Shown piece after piece: positions 27,240 through 40,448 of a stretch of DNA of 64,000 nucleotides. This DNA is from the human T2T-CHM13v2.0 reference genome, Homo sapiens: assembly GCF_009914755.1 (NCBI RefSeq), contig NC_060935.1. One strand, written 5' to 3'. The notes below the pieces were generated by a model. That model saw nothing but the letters and a program-made list of their open reading frames with translations, had not been told where the DNA came from and made no database searches. Positions within the stretch are counted from its first letter, which is position 1, and every line of letters starts with the position of its first letter. The translations under genes were made by a program, and so were the position numbers.

Positions 27240-27599
27240 CTAAAATAAAAGTTTAAAAAATCAATACTCCTTTTTTATTTTCTGCAATGTATATTGTTTT
27301 CAAACTTTGAATATACACATTAAAATATCTAAGGCCTGAATAAATATTAGATGTTGCTTATTTCAATTTTAGCATATGAATGTACTATCTAACCCATTTT
27401 TATATTGCTCCCAAAGAGAAAACATAAAATGGGACAGTTATTCAAAGGCCAATTTTAAATTTCAAAGGTTTCCAGCAGGGAGTGTTGAACATGGGCTATT
27501 CAAAAGTAAATGGATGATCTGGTTAAAGCTGAGCATGGTTAATGGGAAGATGAAGATAGAGGGCTGATTTCACTTTATATAAGTTCTCATGCTTGGAGA

Positions 27600-28140
27600 A
27601 ATCTCTATGGAAGCTATTGGAGCTCTCAGAACTAGCAGTGGCATTGACTGCCTTTGCTTTGGGCTGTCTTTTTATAACTACAGCTTTAGATGATAAAAAT
27701 AATGTCTACTTTCAAAGCAAAGGGTAGGTTTGCTTACTGACCATTATAAAACAGATGTTACCTAAACTGAGGGAACACAACCTACAATATGACCCATTGA
27801 ATATGACTGTATCATGTGACCATCTTTGCCTTGCACTGTAAAAATTGGGGCTTGAGAAATTGGTACAAGAAGATGTTGATAGTCTACTGCTGTTGTTGCA
27901 AGTAATTAGTCTCTGCCCTACGATTCTTTTGGCAGCATCGATGAAATTGTGGCAGACTAAATTCTTAGTTTGCAAGTAGGATACAATCTTAGACTCCTCA
28001 CAGTTCTTGAGAGTGACAAGGATGGAATTCTGACAGATTCATAGTGTTCTGGAAGAGGAAGGATCAGAGACTTCTAGGCTGATGAAAGGGATTCGTGGAA
28101 CATCTTTAGGAACTGGGTAGTAAACATGCTGACCACACTG
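27600..28140 (+). mobile_element. Degraded ERVL-type LTR (LTR40-like) plus adjacent internal sequence
   Basis: caaagggtaggtttgcttactgaccattataaaa and ctactgctgttgttgcaagtaattagtc resemble the recalled LTR40 consensus. Heavily diverged. Confidence 0.4.
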
Positions 28141-28175
28141 AATGTTCAACTGCATAATAAGGATTCCTCACTTTA

Positions 28176-28464
<289 letters not shown>

Positions 28465-29476
28465 TCCCCTCACTTTAATGCACGTTAATGAGGAGAAATT
28501 TCTAAAGTGGTTGCAGGCTAGGACAGCTCCCAAATGGTTTTTGCCAACTCTCCTCTGGCTGGGAGAACTTCCTCACCAACCTAGCAGTCGGCCTCAGTTT
28601 CTAAGATTCACTCTAAAAGGAGTGGGTGAACAGAAATTTCCACTCCTTTTCAGGCAATAGCTATAGAGACATGTACCTGCACTGATTGTGACAGGAGAGA
28701 AATTTGCAACCACTGTGGGCAGAAGGATTTCTCTGATACTAGTCTATTGTAGACTCTCCTCTTCTCTGCTCCCGTAGTTTACATCTATCATTGTAATTAG
28801 CATATTGTATTATAAATTACATAAATGTATATGTATATATATGTGTGTGTGTGTCTACATGTATGTGTTTATGTATGTTTATCTGTCCCATTAGAGTATC
28901 TTGTAAGACAAGCAGGATATCTTACTGTTTTTCAGTCTCTAGAATAAATACATATTTGTTTGATGAATGAAAAATAAAGATTAAATTAGATGAAAAGTTG
29001 ATACATAGATAGATGAACAAACTGAGAAGATGTGTCATCTCATGAAGAGCAGTTTCAGGCTCAACCACTTTGGGATACCCAGGTAGCCTCTGTATCAGAA
29101 ACATAGAGCTCTTTATTTTGTGCTCCCCTCTTTGGGCCACTCCTCTTTGGTCCCATGAACTATCCAAATAAATCAGGGCAGTCAATCTGACTGTATCTCT
29201 CATGTAGATGTACATAGTAAGGACCTGTCCTCTGATGAGACCCACTGGAATCAAGATGCTGATTGAGCCTGCACTGTCACCATTGCTAATTGGATCCATC
29301 ATCATACTGAACACGGCGGCACATCCACCATCATAGACTAAGCGCAAAGTAAAAGACTGCTTCCCAGGCAAAGGCTACCTGGTTGTCCTAAGGTGATTGA
29401 GCTCGGCATTTCTCTTAGCCAGATCAGAGCCCTTATTCATTGTTTGTACATTTGTTCATCTATCTATGCATCTCTT

Positions 29477-29874
29477 TGTGATGGTTAATACTGAGTGTCA
29501 ACTTGATTGGACTGAAGGATGTAAAGTATTGTTCCTGAATATGTCTGTGAGGTTGTTGCCAAAAAGATTAACATTTGAGTGAGTGGGATGGGAAAGGCAG
29601 ACTTATCCTTAATCTGGGTGGGCACCATCTAATCAGCTGCCAGTGCAGCTAGGATATAAAGCAGGCAGAAAAACACGAAAAGATTAGACTGGCCTAGCCT
29701 CCCAGCCTACATCCTTCTCCCATGCTGGATGCTTCCTGCCCTTGAACATTGGACTCCAAGTTCTTCAGTTTTGGGACTCAGACTGGCTTTCCTTGCTCCT
29801 CAGCTTGCAGATGGCCATTGTGGGACCTTGTGATCATATCAGTTAATACTTAATAAGCACATATATATATATGT
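29477..29874 (+). mobile_element. HERV-L 5' LTR (MLT2A2-like), 3' end deleted
   Basis: Matches the 3' LTR up to the (TA)n tract, then jumps directly into the internal leader (ttctagagggacagaatattaagg). Confidence 0.88.
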
Positions 29875-29900
29875 GATTCTAGAGGGACAGAATATTAAGG

Positions 29901-32900
29901 ATGAAGTCCTTTCATTGGTTTGGGGGTTTCTGGAGTTGGCTGCTTAACATGATTCGACCCAAAAATGCTAAAGGCTCTACTTCTAGTAGTATGGAGAACA
30001 CTGATAGTCCTTGGCATGAACTGTTTAGAGAGTTATGCAAGATGAATGCATTTGACATTCCTGATTCACCATTCGTGAGAGGCAAGGAGTTTAGCGACTC
30101 TATACATAATACATTTGACTATATGTGGAGAATCAAGGAATATAATGAAGCTGGTTGGTTGCTCCTGAGTTCAGTGGACAAAGTGATGAAAGGAAATGAT
30201 GAAATCAGGGATTCTAAATACCAGCTTCAGAAGCAGATACGGAGCCTCAAATCTGCTAAGATTACCCTGAGTGAAAGTCTTATCTCCTGTAGAGAAAGAT
30301 ATGAAATTGTGGGAAAACAGACACAAGCCCTTAAAGTGAGGGCACTGATTGGAAAAGAATGGGACCCTGCAACTTGGAATGGCAATGTTTGGGAGGTCTC
30401 TCATGAAGCTGGGAACACTGAGTTTGTAAACTCTGACGAAGCTTTTTTTGCCAGAAGAAACAGCTCCCCCATTCCCAGTAGTGGCAACATCCCCTCCCCG
30501 ACCCATTAGCCTTTCCACCGTTGTCTGAGGAGATAAACCCCGCACTGCCTGAGAAAACAGTGACACCCTCCCCTGAGGCAGTTGCCAGGCAAGATAATGT
30601 TGATTCTCCTCAGGAGCCACCCCCAACAGCCCTGTTTGCTTCTAGACTTATAACTAGGCTGACCTCTCAGTGGGCCCTAGAGGTGAAGTTCAGAGTGTGA
30701 CCTATAAGGAGGTACACTATACTCAAAAAGAACTACTTGAATTTTCTAATTTATATAAACAGAAATCTGAAGAACAGGCATGGGAATGGATATTAAGGGT
30801 GTGCGATAATGGTGGAAGGAACATAGAACTGGATCAGGCTGAATTTATTGATCCGGCCCCACTAAGTAGGGACTCTGCATTTAATGTTGCAGCTCGAGTG
30901 AAAAAAAAGGTTGTAATAATTTGTTTGTTTAGCTGAAATATGGATTAAAAGATAACCCACTGTGAGTGAGCTGGAAATGCCTGATCTCCTTTGGTTTAAT
31001 GTAGAGGAAGGGATCCAAAGGCTTAGGGAGATTGGGATGGTGGAGTGGATTAGTCACTTTAGATCTACTCATCCCAGCTGGGAGGTCCAGACGATACATT
31101 CTTGACCAATGCCTTACAAAATAGATTTGTGAGGGCAGCACCTGCATCTTTGAAGGGCCCTGTAATTGTTCTACTCTGTATGTCAGATCTAAGAGTGGGA
31201 ACTGCAGTCACTCAACTAAAAAAAATTTAAATACAGTGTGAATAATGGGATCCCGAGGTGGCAGGGGCCAAGCGGTAGCACTCAACCTCCAAAGGCAAGG
31301 TAAGCATAGCTACCATAATGGACAGCAGAGGCAAAATGGCAATCAGAATAGTCTGACTCGTGTAGAGCTCTGGCACTGGCTAATTAATCATAGTGTTTCT
31401 AGAAGTGAAATTGATAGGAAGCCTACTGCATTCATACTTAATGTATACAAGCAGAAAACTTCTAGGTCAAATGGACAAAAGACTAATTTGAATTATAAAA
31501 ACAGAATCATGGCCCCTCAATCAATTTCCACACTTGAGTCAGTTTACAGACCCAGAACCCCTTGAATGAAGGGGAGACCAGGTCCCCTTGAGGAAGGACC
31601 CTACTACACTACCAACAATTTATACTGTTAATTTTTCTCTCTCCTTCCCCAAGGAGACCTCCAGTCTTTTACCAGGGTATCTGTGCACTGGGGAAAGGAA
31701 AATGTTCAGACAGTTCAGGGATTACTGGACACTGGCTCTGAACTGACATCGATTTCAGGGGACCCAAAAGGTCATTGTGGTCCTCCAGTTAAAGTAGGGG
31801 CTTATAGAGATCAGGTAATTCATGGAGCTTTAGCTTGGATCTGACTTACAGTGTATCCGGACTCATCCTGTGGTCATTTCTGCAGTGCCAGAATGCATAA
31901 TTGGCATAGACATACTTGCAAGCTGGCAGAACCTCCACATTGGCTCCATGACTGGTAGAGTGAGGGCTATTATGGTGGGAATGCCAAATGGAAACCATTA
32001 GATCTCCCTCTACCTAGAAAAACAGTAAATCAAAAACAATATTGCATCCCTGGAGGGATTGTGGAGATTAGTGCCAACACCAAGGACTTGAAAGATGCAG
32101 GGGTGGCAATTCCCACTACATCCCCATTCAACTCTCCTATTTGGCCTGTGCAGAAGACAGTTGGATCTTGGAGAAGGACAGTGGATTATCATAAGCTTAA
32201 CCAAGTGGTGACTCCAATTGCAGCTGCTGTACCAGATATGGTATCATTGCTTGAGCAAATTAACTCCTGGTACCTGCTATGCAGCCATTGGCTTGGCAAA
32301 TGACTTTTTCTCCATTCCTGTTCATAAGACCCATCAGAAACAATTTGCCTTCAGCCAGCAAGGTCAACAATAGACCTTTACTGTCCTACCTCAGGGGTAT
32401 ATCAACTCTCCAGCTCTGTGTCATAATCTTATTTGGAGAGAACTTGATAGCTTTTTGCTTCCACAAGATACCACAATGGCCCATTACATTGATGACATTA
32501 TGCTGATTGGATCCAGTGAGCAAGAAGTAGCAAACACACTGGACTTATTGGTGAGACATTTGCATGCCAGAGGATGGGAAATAAATCCAACTAAAATTCA
32601 AAGAACTTCTACCTCAGTAAAATTCTTAGGTGTCCAGTGGTGTGGGGCCTGTCAAGATATTCCTTCTAAGGTAAAAAATAAGTTGCTGAATTTGGCCCCT
32701 CCTACAACCAAGAAGGAGGCACAATGCCTAGTGGGTGTACTTGGATTTTGGAAGCAACACATTCCTCATTTAGGTGCGTTACTCCCGCCCATTTATTGAG
32801 TGACTGCCGGTTTTGAGTGTGTTCCAGAACAGGAGAAGGCTCTGCAACAGGTCCAGGCTGCTGTACAAGCTGCTCTGCCATTTGCGCCATATGACCCAGC

Positions 32901-34860
32901 AGATCCAATGGTGCTTGAGATGTCAGGGGCAGATAGGGATGCTGTTTGGAGCCTTCGGCAGGCCCCCATAGGTGAATCACAGCAGAGGCTTCTAGGATTT
33001 TGGAGCAAGGTTCTGCCATCTTCTGCAGATAAGTACTCTCCTTTTGAGAAACAGCTCTTGGCCTGTTATTGGGCTTTAGTGGAAACTGAACGTTTGACTA
33101 TAGGTCATCAAGTTGCCATGAGACCTGAACTGCCTATCATGAACTAAATGCTTTCTGACCCATCTAGTCACAGAGTGGGTCATGCACAGCAGCATTCCAT
33201 CAGCAAATGGAAGTGGTATATACATGATTGAGCTCAAGGATGTCTTGACGGCACAAGTAAGTTACATGAGGAAGTGGCTCAAATGCCCATGGTGTCCACT
33301 CCTGCCACCCTGCCTTCTCTCCCCCAGCCTGCACCAATGGCCTCATGGGGAGTTCCCTATGATCAGTTGACAGAGGAAAAGACTAGGGCCTGGTTCACAG
33401 ATGGTTCTGCACAATTATGCAGGCACCATACCCCTGCATACTACAGCTGCAGCACTACAACCCCTTTCTAGGACATCGCTGAAGGTCAGAGTGAAGGGAA
33501 ATCTTCCCAGTGCACAGAAGTTCAAGCAGTGTACCTCGTTCCACACTTTGCATGGAAGGAGAAATGACCAGATGTGTGATTATATGCTGATTCATGGGCT
33601 GTAGCCAATGGTTTGGCTAGATGGTCAGGGACTTGGAAGAAGCATGACTGGAAAATTGGTGACAAAGAAATCTGGGGAAGGGGTATGTGGATGGATATCT
33701 GAGTGGTCAAAAACCGTGAAGATATTTGTATCGCATGGGATTGCTCTCCAATGAGTGACCTCAGCAAAGGAGGATTTTAATAATTAAGTGGATAGGATGA
33801 CCTGTTCTGTGGACATCACTCAGCCTCTTTTCACAGCCACCTGTCATTGGCCAGTGGGCCCATGAACAAAGTGGCCATGGTGGTAGGGTTGGAGGTTATA
33901 CATGGGCTCAGCAACATGCAGTTCCACTCACCAAGGCTGAGCTGCCTGGTTATGGCCACTGCTGAGTGTCCAATTTGCCAGCAGCAGAGACCAACACCGA
34001 GCCCTCGATATGGCACCATTCCTCAGGATGATCAGCCAGCTACCTGGTGTCAGGTTGATTATATTGGACCTCTTCCATCATGGAAAAGGCAGAGGTTTAT
34101 CCTCACTGGAATAGACAGTTACTCCGGATATGGGTTTGCCTATCCTGCACGTAATTCTTCTGCCAAGACTACCCTGTGGACTCACGGAATGCCTTAACCA
34201 CAGTCATGGTATTCCATATAGCATTGCCTCTGACCAAGGCACTCACTTTACAGCTAAAGAACTGTGATTGTGGGCTCATGCTCATGCTCACTGGTCTTAC
34301 CATGTTCCCCATCATCCTGAAACAGCTGGATTGACAGAACGGTGGAATATCCTTTTGAAGTCACAATTACAACACCAACAAGGTGACAATACTTTGCAGG
34401 GCTTGGCCAAAGTTCTCAAGAAGGCTTTGTATGCTCTGAATCAGCATCCAATGTATGCTACTATTTCTCCCATAGCCAGGATTCACAGGTCCAGGAATCA
34501 AGGGGTGGAAGTGGAAGTGGCACCATTCACCATGACCCCTCGTGATCCACTAGCAAAATTTTTGCCCCTGTTCCTGCAACATTACGTTCTGCTGGCCTAG
34601 AGGTCTTAGTTGAAGAGTGACAAACTCTGCCACCAGGAGACACAATGATTCCATTAACCTGGAATTGCCACCTGGACACTTTGGGCTCCTCCCACTTTTA
34701 AGTCAACAGGCTAAGAAGGGAGTTATAGTGTTGGCTGGTGTGACTGACCCGGACTATCAAGATGAAATCAGTGTACTACTCCACAACGGGAAGTAAGGAA
34801 GTGTGTGCGTGGAATACAGGAGATCCATTAGGGCCTCTCTTAGTATTACCATGCCCTGTG
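29901..34860 (+). pseudogene. Disrupted HERV-L gag/pro/pol/dUTPase reading frames
   Basis: The supplied ORFs between 29901 and 34600 are consecutive fragments of the polyprotein broken by stops and frameshifts. Confidence 0.9.
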
Positions 34861-35407
34861 ATTAAGGTCAATGGGAAATGACAACAGCCCAATCCAGGAA
34901 GGACTACAAATGGCTCAGACCCTTCAGGAATGAAGGTTTGGGTGACTCCACCAGGAAAAACAAAAACAAAACAAAACAAAAAAGCAAAACAAAAACACAC
35001 AACCTGCTGAGGTGCTTGCTGAAGGCAAAGGGAATACAGAATGGTTAGTAGAAGAAGGTAGTCATCAATACCAGCTGCAAGAATGAGGACTGTAATTGTC
35101 ATGAGTATTCCCTCCTACTTTTGTTAAAAACATGTGTAAGCATATATACGCTTGTATTAAGAAAATATCTTCATTTTATTTCCTTTTTCCTTTATTATGT
35201 GACATAAAATTTATTGACTTCATATCAGCATTAAAGTATTGTTAACTTTATGTAGTAGTATTTGGGTTGGGGATTGGTGCATTTCCAGTTGTACAAACAA
35301 TAGTTGTATTATGTTAGATGTAATTATGGCCTTATTATTGTCTTTATTTGAAGATTATGTATGATCTCAGGAGATGTACGTGGGTTCAAGTTGACAAGGG
35401 GTGGACT

Positions 35408-35866
35408 TGTGATGGTTAATACTGAGTGTCAACTTAATTGGATTGAAGAATTCAAAGTATTGATCCTGGGTGTGTCTGTGAGGTTGTTGCCAAAGGAGAT
35501 GAACATTTGAGTCAGTGGGCTGGGAAAGGCAGACCCACCCTTAATCTGGATAGGCACCATCTAATAACTGCCAGCACAGCTAGAATATAAAGCAGGCAAA
35601 ACAACGTGAAAAGACTAGACTGGCCTAGTTTCCCAGCCTACATCCTTCTCCCATGCTGGAAGCTTCCTACCCTCAGACATCAGACTAGAAGTTCTTCAGT
35701 TTTGGGACTCTGACTGGCTTTCCTGTAGACAACCTATTGTGGGACCTTGTGATTGTGTGAGTTAATACTTAATAAACTCCCCTTTATATATATTACACAC
35801 ACACACACACAGACACACACACACACACACACTATTAGTTCTGTCCCTCTAGAGAACCCTAATACA
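35408..35866 (+). mobile_element. HERV-L 3' LTR (MLT2A2-like) with internal (CA)n
   Basis: Preceded by the PPT-like aaggggtggact. Has TG...CA termini and an AATAAA at ~35771. Confidence 0.92.
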
Positions 35867-36389
35867 CTATCTGATTTAATCTTTTATTTTTTTCATTCAT
35901 TAAGCAACTATCTTTTGATCTCTGGAGACAAAATGACATTAATATGGACTGCCTGTCCTCTGAAGAACTCTAATTGGCCAGAGAAATATAAAAATACGTA
36001 ATTTATATTACATATATAGATCATGATAATAGAAAGTATAGGAGGAGCATCTATATTAGACTGTGGAATCATGAAGGCTTCCTGAAAGATGTAACATTGA
36101 AATAATACTGAAGACAAAGGAGGTTATCTAGGCAAGTAGGAGTATTCAATCTAATAGAAAATAGTGTGGGCTTGAAAGGCAGCATGCTCTGAAGGAAAAG
36201 GCATAGATTTTAGAGTAAGAAAGAAATGGATTAAAATCCTTTCACTTCCACCTACTACCTATGTGGAATGGAGGCAATATTTAAATTCTATGACTATCAT
36301 CATTGAAAATATGGAGATAGTGCCACCCATTGCATAGGGTCTTCTTCCACCTTACTAACCACCCTATAGCTGAGTTGGATGCCTTGGAT

Positions 36390-36958
36390 TGTAGGGGAGA
36401 AAAAAATAGCTTTCCTCTACCCTCCTACATTCTTTGGCTGAGCTACAAATTAAATTGACATAAGGCAGCTTAACTGGAGAGACATTATTCTAATAACATG
36501 TGTACCCATGTATGCATGGGAGTCTCACAAAAATATGAAACTCAAATAAGGGACAGAATTCCCTTATTCCCCAGATTGAAGCTTATTTAGCATTCTGAGC
36601 TACAGAAAGAAATAAGGGCTTGGGGTTTCTGGGGCTGGTGAAGCCAAATTATAGAAAGGTGAGGGGAAGAAATGTATAGTGAATAAAGGTTGCCTTGTTA
36701 TGCAGATCAAAGTCTCTCATCTGATAAAAGTTGTCATAGACTAACTCTCTTTCTGACACAAATATCTTTACTAATGAAAATCTCCTATATAAATATAAAT
36801 TTCCTACATAAAAGGGGAGTTTTTCAATGCTACTTCAGTGTCTGTAGTTTCACAAAATAACCAGCTTTAAAAAAATCAGTATGCCACAGAGGAATATTTG
36901 GGGCTGGTACTCTGGTCTCCTATAGTCATATTTTTGGGTGGCATACCCTGGGCCCCAG
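36390..36958 (-). mobile_element. MER34/MER39-family (ERV1) solo LTR
   Basis: Plus-strand ends tgtaggggagaaaa... and ...tattttttgggtggcataccctgggcccca, the reverse complement of the ggggttcagaacatgctaccccaaaata start seen at 39985. Confidence 0.65.
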
Positions 36959-37494
36959 TGAGATTTACAACCTTCCTACCTCATACCAGATGTTGTCCCA
37001 TATATACATACATACAAAGCACTCAGTCTCAATATCATGACTGATTCTCTATTTGTTTATGTTTCCACCGTTACTTCATCCCCTGATAACTTGCTGTCAA
37101 TTATGCTCTCATAGAAATAGTAAATTTCTTCTATGCTTCTATTCTTCCTTCATTTAAAAAAAGACCCTGATCACTTCAAAACTTTAATCTATTTCTGACT
37201 TTCTCCTCCCCAGAGTCAATTCTGTTGAAAGACATAATAGAAGTAGTAATAGCAACAATAAAACCGAATCATTTAATGAAAAGTTACAATAAGCTAGGCC
37301 TCTCTTCAAGGATACTGATATATATTTTATGTGCATTAACTCATTAGATTAAAAAGCATCTTATGAAGTAGGCTTATGATCTTTATTTTCTGGGTAAGAA
37401 AACAGAACCTATTTCTGCCTGAATGAAAAGCCTACATAACTAACTAATATACTAAACTCCTGAGCCACTTTCTTACTGCCCACACATCCTTTCA

Positions 37495-37658
37495 AATTGT
37501 GGTTCCCAGACCAGCAGCATCAGCACCACCCACAATGTCTTAGCAAGATCAACTCTTCAACCTACTGAATCAAACCAGTAGGGGTGGGGCTCTAAAGTCT
37601 GTGCTTCGATGAGCTCTCCAGGTGATTCTGACACATGCTAGTTTGAAAACCTCTGATC
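37495..37658. mobile_element. MER5A (hAT-Charlie) DNA transposon
   Basis: ttcaaattgtggttcccagaccagcagcatcagc...ccaggtgattctgacacatgctagtttgaaaacctctg. Confidence 0.75.
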
Positions 37659-37865
37659 TAGTTAACAAATGTTAAACTATTCCAAGTTAGCAAGGTATAA
37701 GACACATTTACGAAGAGATAGATGATTCTCGGCACAATGGAAAATTAATGCCTGTCTAACAAGTGCAGTCTCTAGTCACTTCCAAACATTTGTTGCCAGA
37801 TGTTTAAAACTATCAAGAGAACTTAGAAGTCTGAATTTTTATGTGAAATAGCTTGACTTCTAAAT

Positions 37866-38311
37866 GTTGACAACATAAAAAAAGAGGTTATGGGAGGCCA
37901 TTGTTTTGGACTGAGTTCCTTCACTAGGCCCCAAAAGACCAGACGAAATCAGAATGGAGTCATTCATGCTAGGTATCACATAATCAAACTGACCTTTAAA
38001 ATGGGACAGTTTTCTAAAGAACAAGAGATTCACAGCAACCCATTAGAAGAGGCCCCATGGCCCCATCTAAGTAAACTGACCTGATAAGAATGTCTCCTCT
38101 GTTTTAACTCTATAAGGAAAGTACTTTGAAATGACCAGTCTGCTTTTTATTCCTTAGTTCTGCTTCTTTCAGCTCCTTTCTGCCTGTAAGGTCAATAGGC
38201 TCTGCTCAGCTCATCAGAACACCTTTCTACTTCATAGATGGAATGCTTCCTGATTTCAACAAATTTAATTTAATGATCAAACTGGTTTTCAGGAAATTTT
38301 GTTCTTTGACA
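37866..38311 (+). mobile_element. MER31-like (ERV1) solo LTR inserted in an old hAT relic
   Basis: gggaggccattgttttggactgagttccttcactaggcccc...aatggagtc, ending ...ttctttgaca. Confidence 0.65.
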
Positions 38312-39979
38312 GCAACTATATATTTTTAAAATATCATCTAAGCTAACATGCAATAGGCCAAACAAAATATAAACCTGCACTGCAGTTTCCATAAGGGCAG
38401 CCAGTTTGCAACCTCTGTATTAATCCTCAAATGCTGCCTTCTCTTCCCTGAATACTGAACTCTTAAAACTCACCAAGAACCTCCTAGTCCTCACTGTCTT
38501 CCTAGTTCTGTCCAAATGAAAAGCCTGTGCAGCTAACTACTACACTAAACTCCTGAACCACATCTTTACTGCCCACTCATCCTTTCAAATTGTGGTCCCC
38601 AGACCAGCAGCATCAGCGCCACCCAGAGATTTGTTAGAATCTTTTTCTGACTTTCTATACTCCTCATTATCTTCCACTTTCTCTGACATTTCACACGATT
38701 GACCTCTTCCTCCTTCTTGAAAGTTATACCTATATTCAGAAACATCTCTCTCTCCTATTTGCCACCCAATCTCTTGAACTCTCCTTCTCTGTCATTTCCT
38801 CTTCTTCCTTTTAACTCCTGAATCAGCTGTTACTCTGAAATTCCTTTTATCGCTTCTCTCACTACTCACTACTCAATGATTCTTCATCTAGGCTTTAGGA
38901 AGACATTCTTCCCAATTTCTGGTCCTACATTTTCAATTGCATGCTTGTATTTCCTCTAAAAAATCACACTGGTACCTCAAATCTGTTCTATCTAAATGCA
39001 ATCATTTTTTTTTCAGAACCCAATTTGGCTACCTGGCTTTTGGTAATTCCACTACCCAAATTTCTTAAGAACTATTTATGACTCCCTCCTCCACACAGCC
39101 TGTGCTGATCCTCTTTCTTTATCCAGCTGGATGGGCTCTCTCAATCTATAATGCCTTCAGGAAATATTCTTCTCCTCTACACCTTTAATAATGATTAGTC
39201 CACCTGATCTCTTTAGGAACAACCTAGAATATAAAAAAAAAGGAAAAATAAACTTGTCATTGCTTATATATTTATCTTCTCCATTCAAGCAGATTTAAAG
39301 CTTCTTCAACACAGTAAGTTTATTACCATCTTGACATCCTTCATAGTACTTTAACAAAGTGAATGCCCATAGATATTAAGTTGTTTAATTATGCAGTGTT
39401 TATACAAGTATTTTCTACATTACACAATATGTATGGACAAATATTTGCCAACTTTACTTTAAATGTATTCATCTTTTATATACATATCCGAAAAGTTTCC
39501 TATATAAAAGAATATTATAATAAACTTAGAAAAATCTAGATCTCTTTTGTAGAGTAAATAAGTACTCAGTGGTTTAACTGTTTGGTAGATTACTTTTTTA
39601 TTTATTTATATTATTTTGCTCAAACCTAGAATTCTTTTCTTTGGAAATGAATGTCAGTACTAATGAGCATCATGTACAAAATCTGTGTCCTTGCAGGAAC
39701 CAAAAGCCATATAAACTCTAAAAATATATGTTAAAAAAGTTAAACAGAGTTCTACGATGCCAGGTCACTGGGAAGCACTGCCCCTTCCCATCCTCTAAGA
39801 ATGTCAAGTGTACAGATCAGCCTGAGTCAGATCCCAGTTGTACTCTGGAGTAATCCAATTCTATTAATATTTCCTGGGTCTCATATTTATAGAATGCCTA
39901 GTTTACTTAACTCTATACTATTCTCTTCATACAAAAGAAATGTTACAAACTACAGAGGTATGAGGTGAGGAGGAGTCTT

Positions 39980-40448
39980 TAGGTGGGGTTCAGAACATGC
40001 TACCCCAAAATAGGGCAATGTAGCATTTGAGAAAACAGCAGAATCAGGAAGTTCACTCTCACTTTCCCGTCACCCTGAAGCAAGTGATAAAACCTTCATT
40101 CCAGAGGAACCCTCCTAATACCCAGAGGGAAAGAACATCCTTGTGCTCAAAGACACAAAGAAGACAAGAAGAACCTGAACAAACAGGCCTTAAGTCTGCC
40201 TAGTTTATTACCATTAGATCATATCTCTTTTGCCAGTCATACTTCTGCATGGCTGCCCACTCTTCATCAAATTCAGCATAAAAATACACAGGTTTCCCTT
40301 TTTCTTTAGGTCTTCACTTCTCTGTCATGTAAAACTTATGTTAAATTAATGCATATGCTTTTCTCTTGTTAATCTGTCTTTTATTATAGGGGTCTTAGCC
40401 ATGGACCTAGCAATGGATAAGGAAAAGATATTACTTTTTTCCCCTACA
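39980..40448 (+). mobile_element. MER34/MER39-family solo LTR
   Basis: ggggttcagaacatgctaccccaaaata...cttttctcttgttaatctgtctttt...cccctaca. Confidence 0.7.

Larger units (their letters stand above)
29477..35866 (+). mobile_element. HERV-L provirus (MLT2A LTR - gag - pro - pol - dUTPase - LTR), defective, antisense to DLG2
   Basis: LTRs start TGTGATGGTTAATACTGAGTGTCAAC at 29477 and 35408, and the 3' LTR ends CTAATACA at 35866. Internal motifs: gag (MIRPKNAK..., QAWEWILRV), protease LLDTGS at 31722-31739, RT YIDD at 32485-32496, RNase H WFTDGSA, integrase CPICQQ/DYIGPLP/SDQG/ERWN, and dUTPase GVTDPDYQDEI at 34737-34769. No env. Confidence 0.95.

Noticed and set aside
28922-29371. 149-aa minus-strand ORF near the DLG2 exon
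   Set aside because: Non-ATG start, runs into L2-like low-complexity sequence, no resemblance to DLG2 protein and no clear splice sites.
29901-30509. 202-aa ORF as a domesticated gag gene
   Set aside because: It is only the N-terminal HERV-L gag, with an internal deletion and a frameshift at the T run near 30444. The rest of the provirus is equally decayed and shows no sign of selective preservation.
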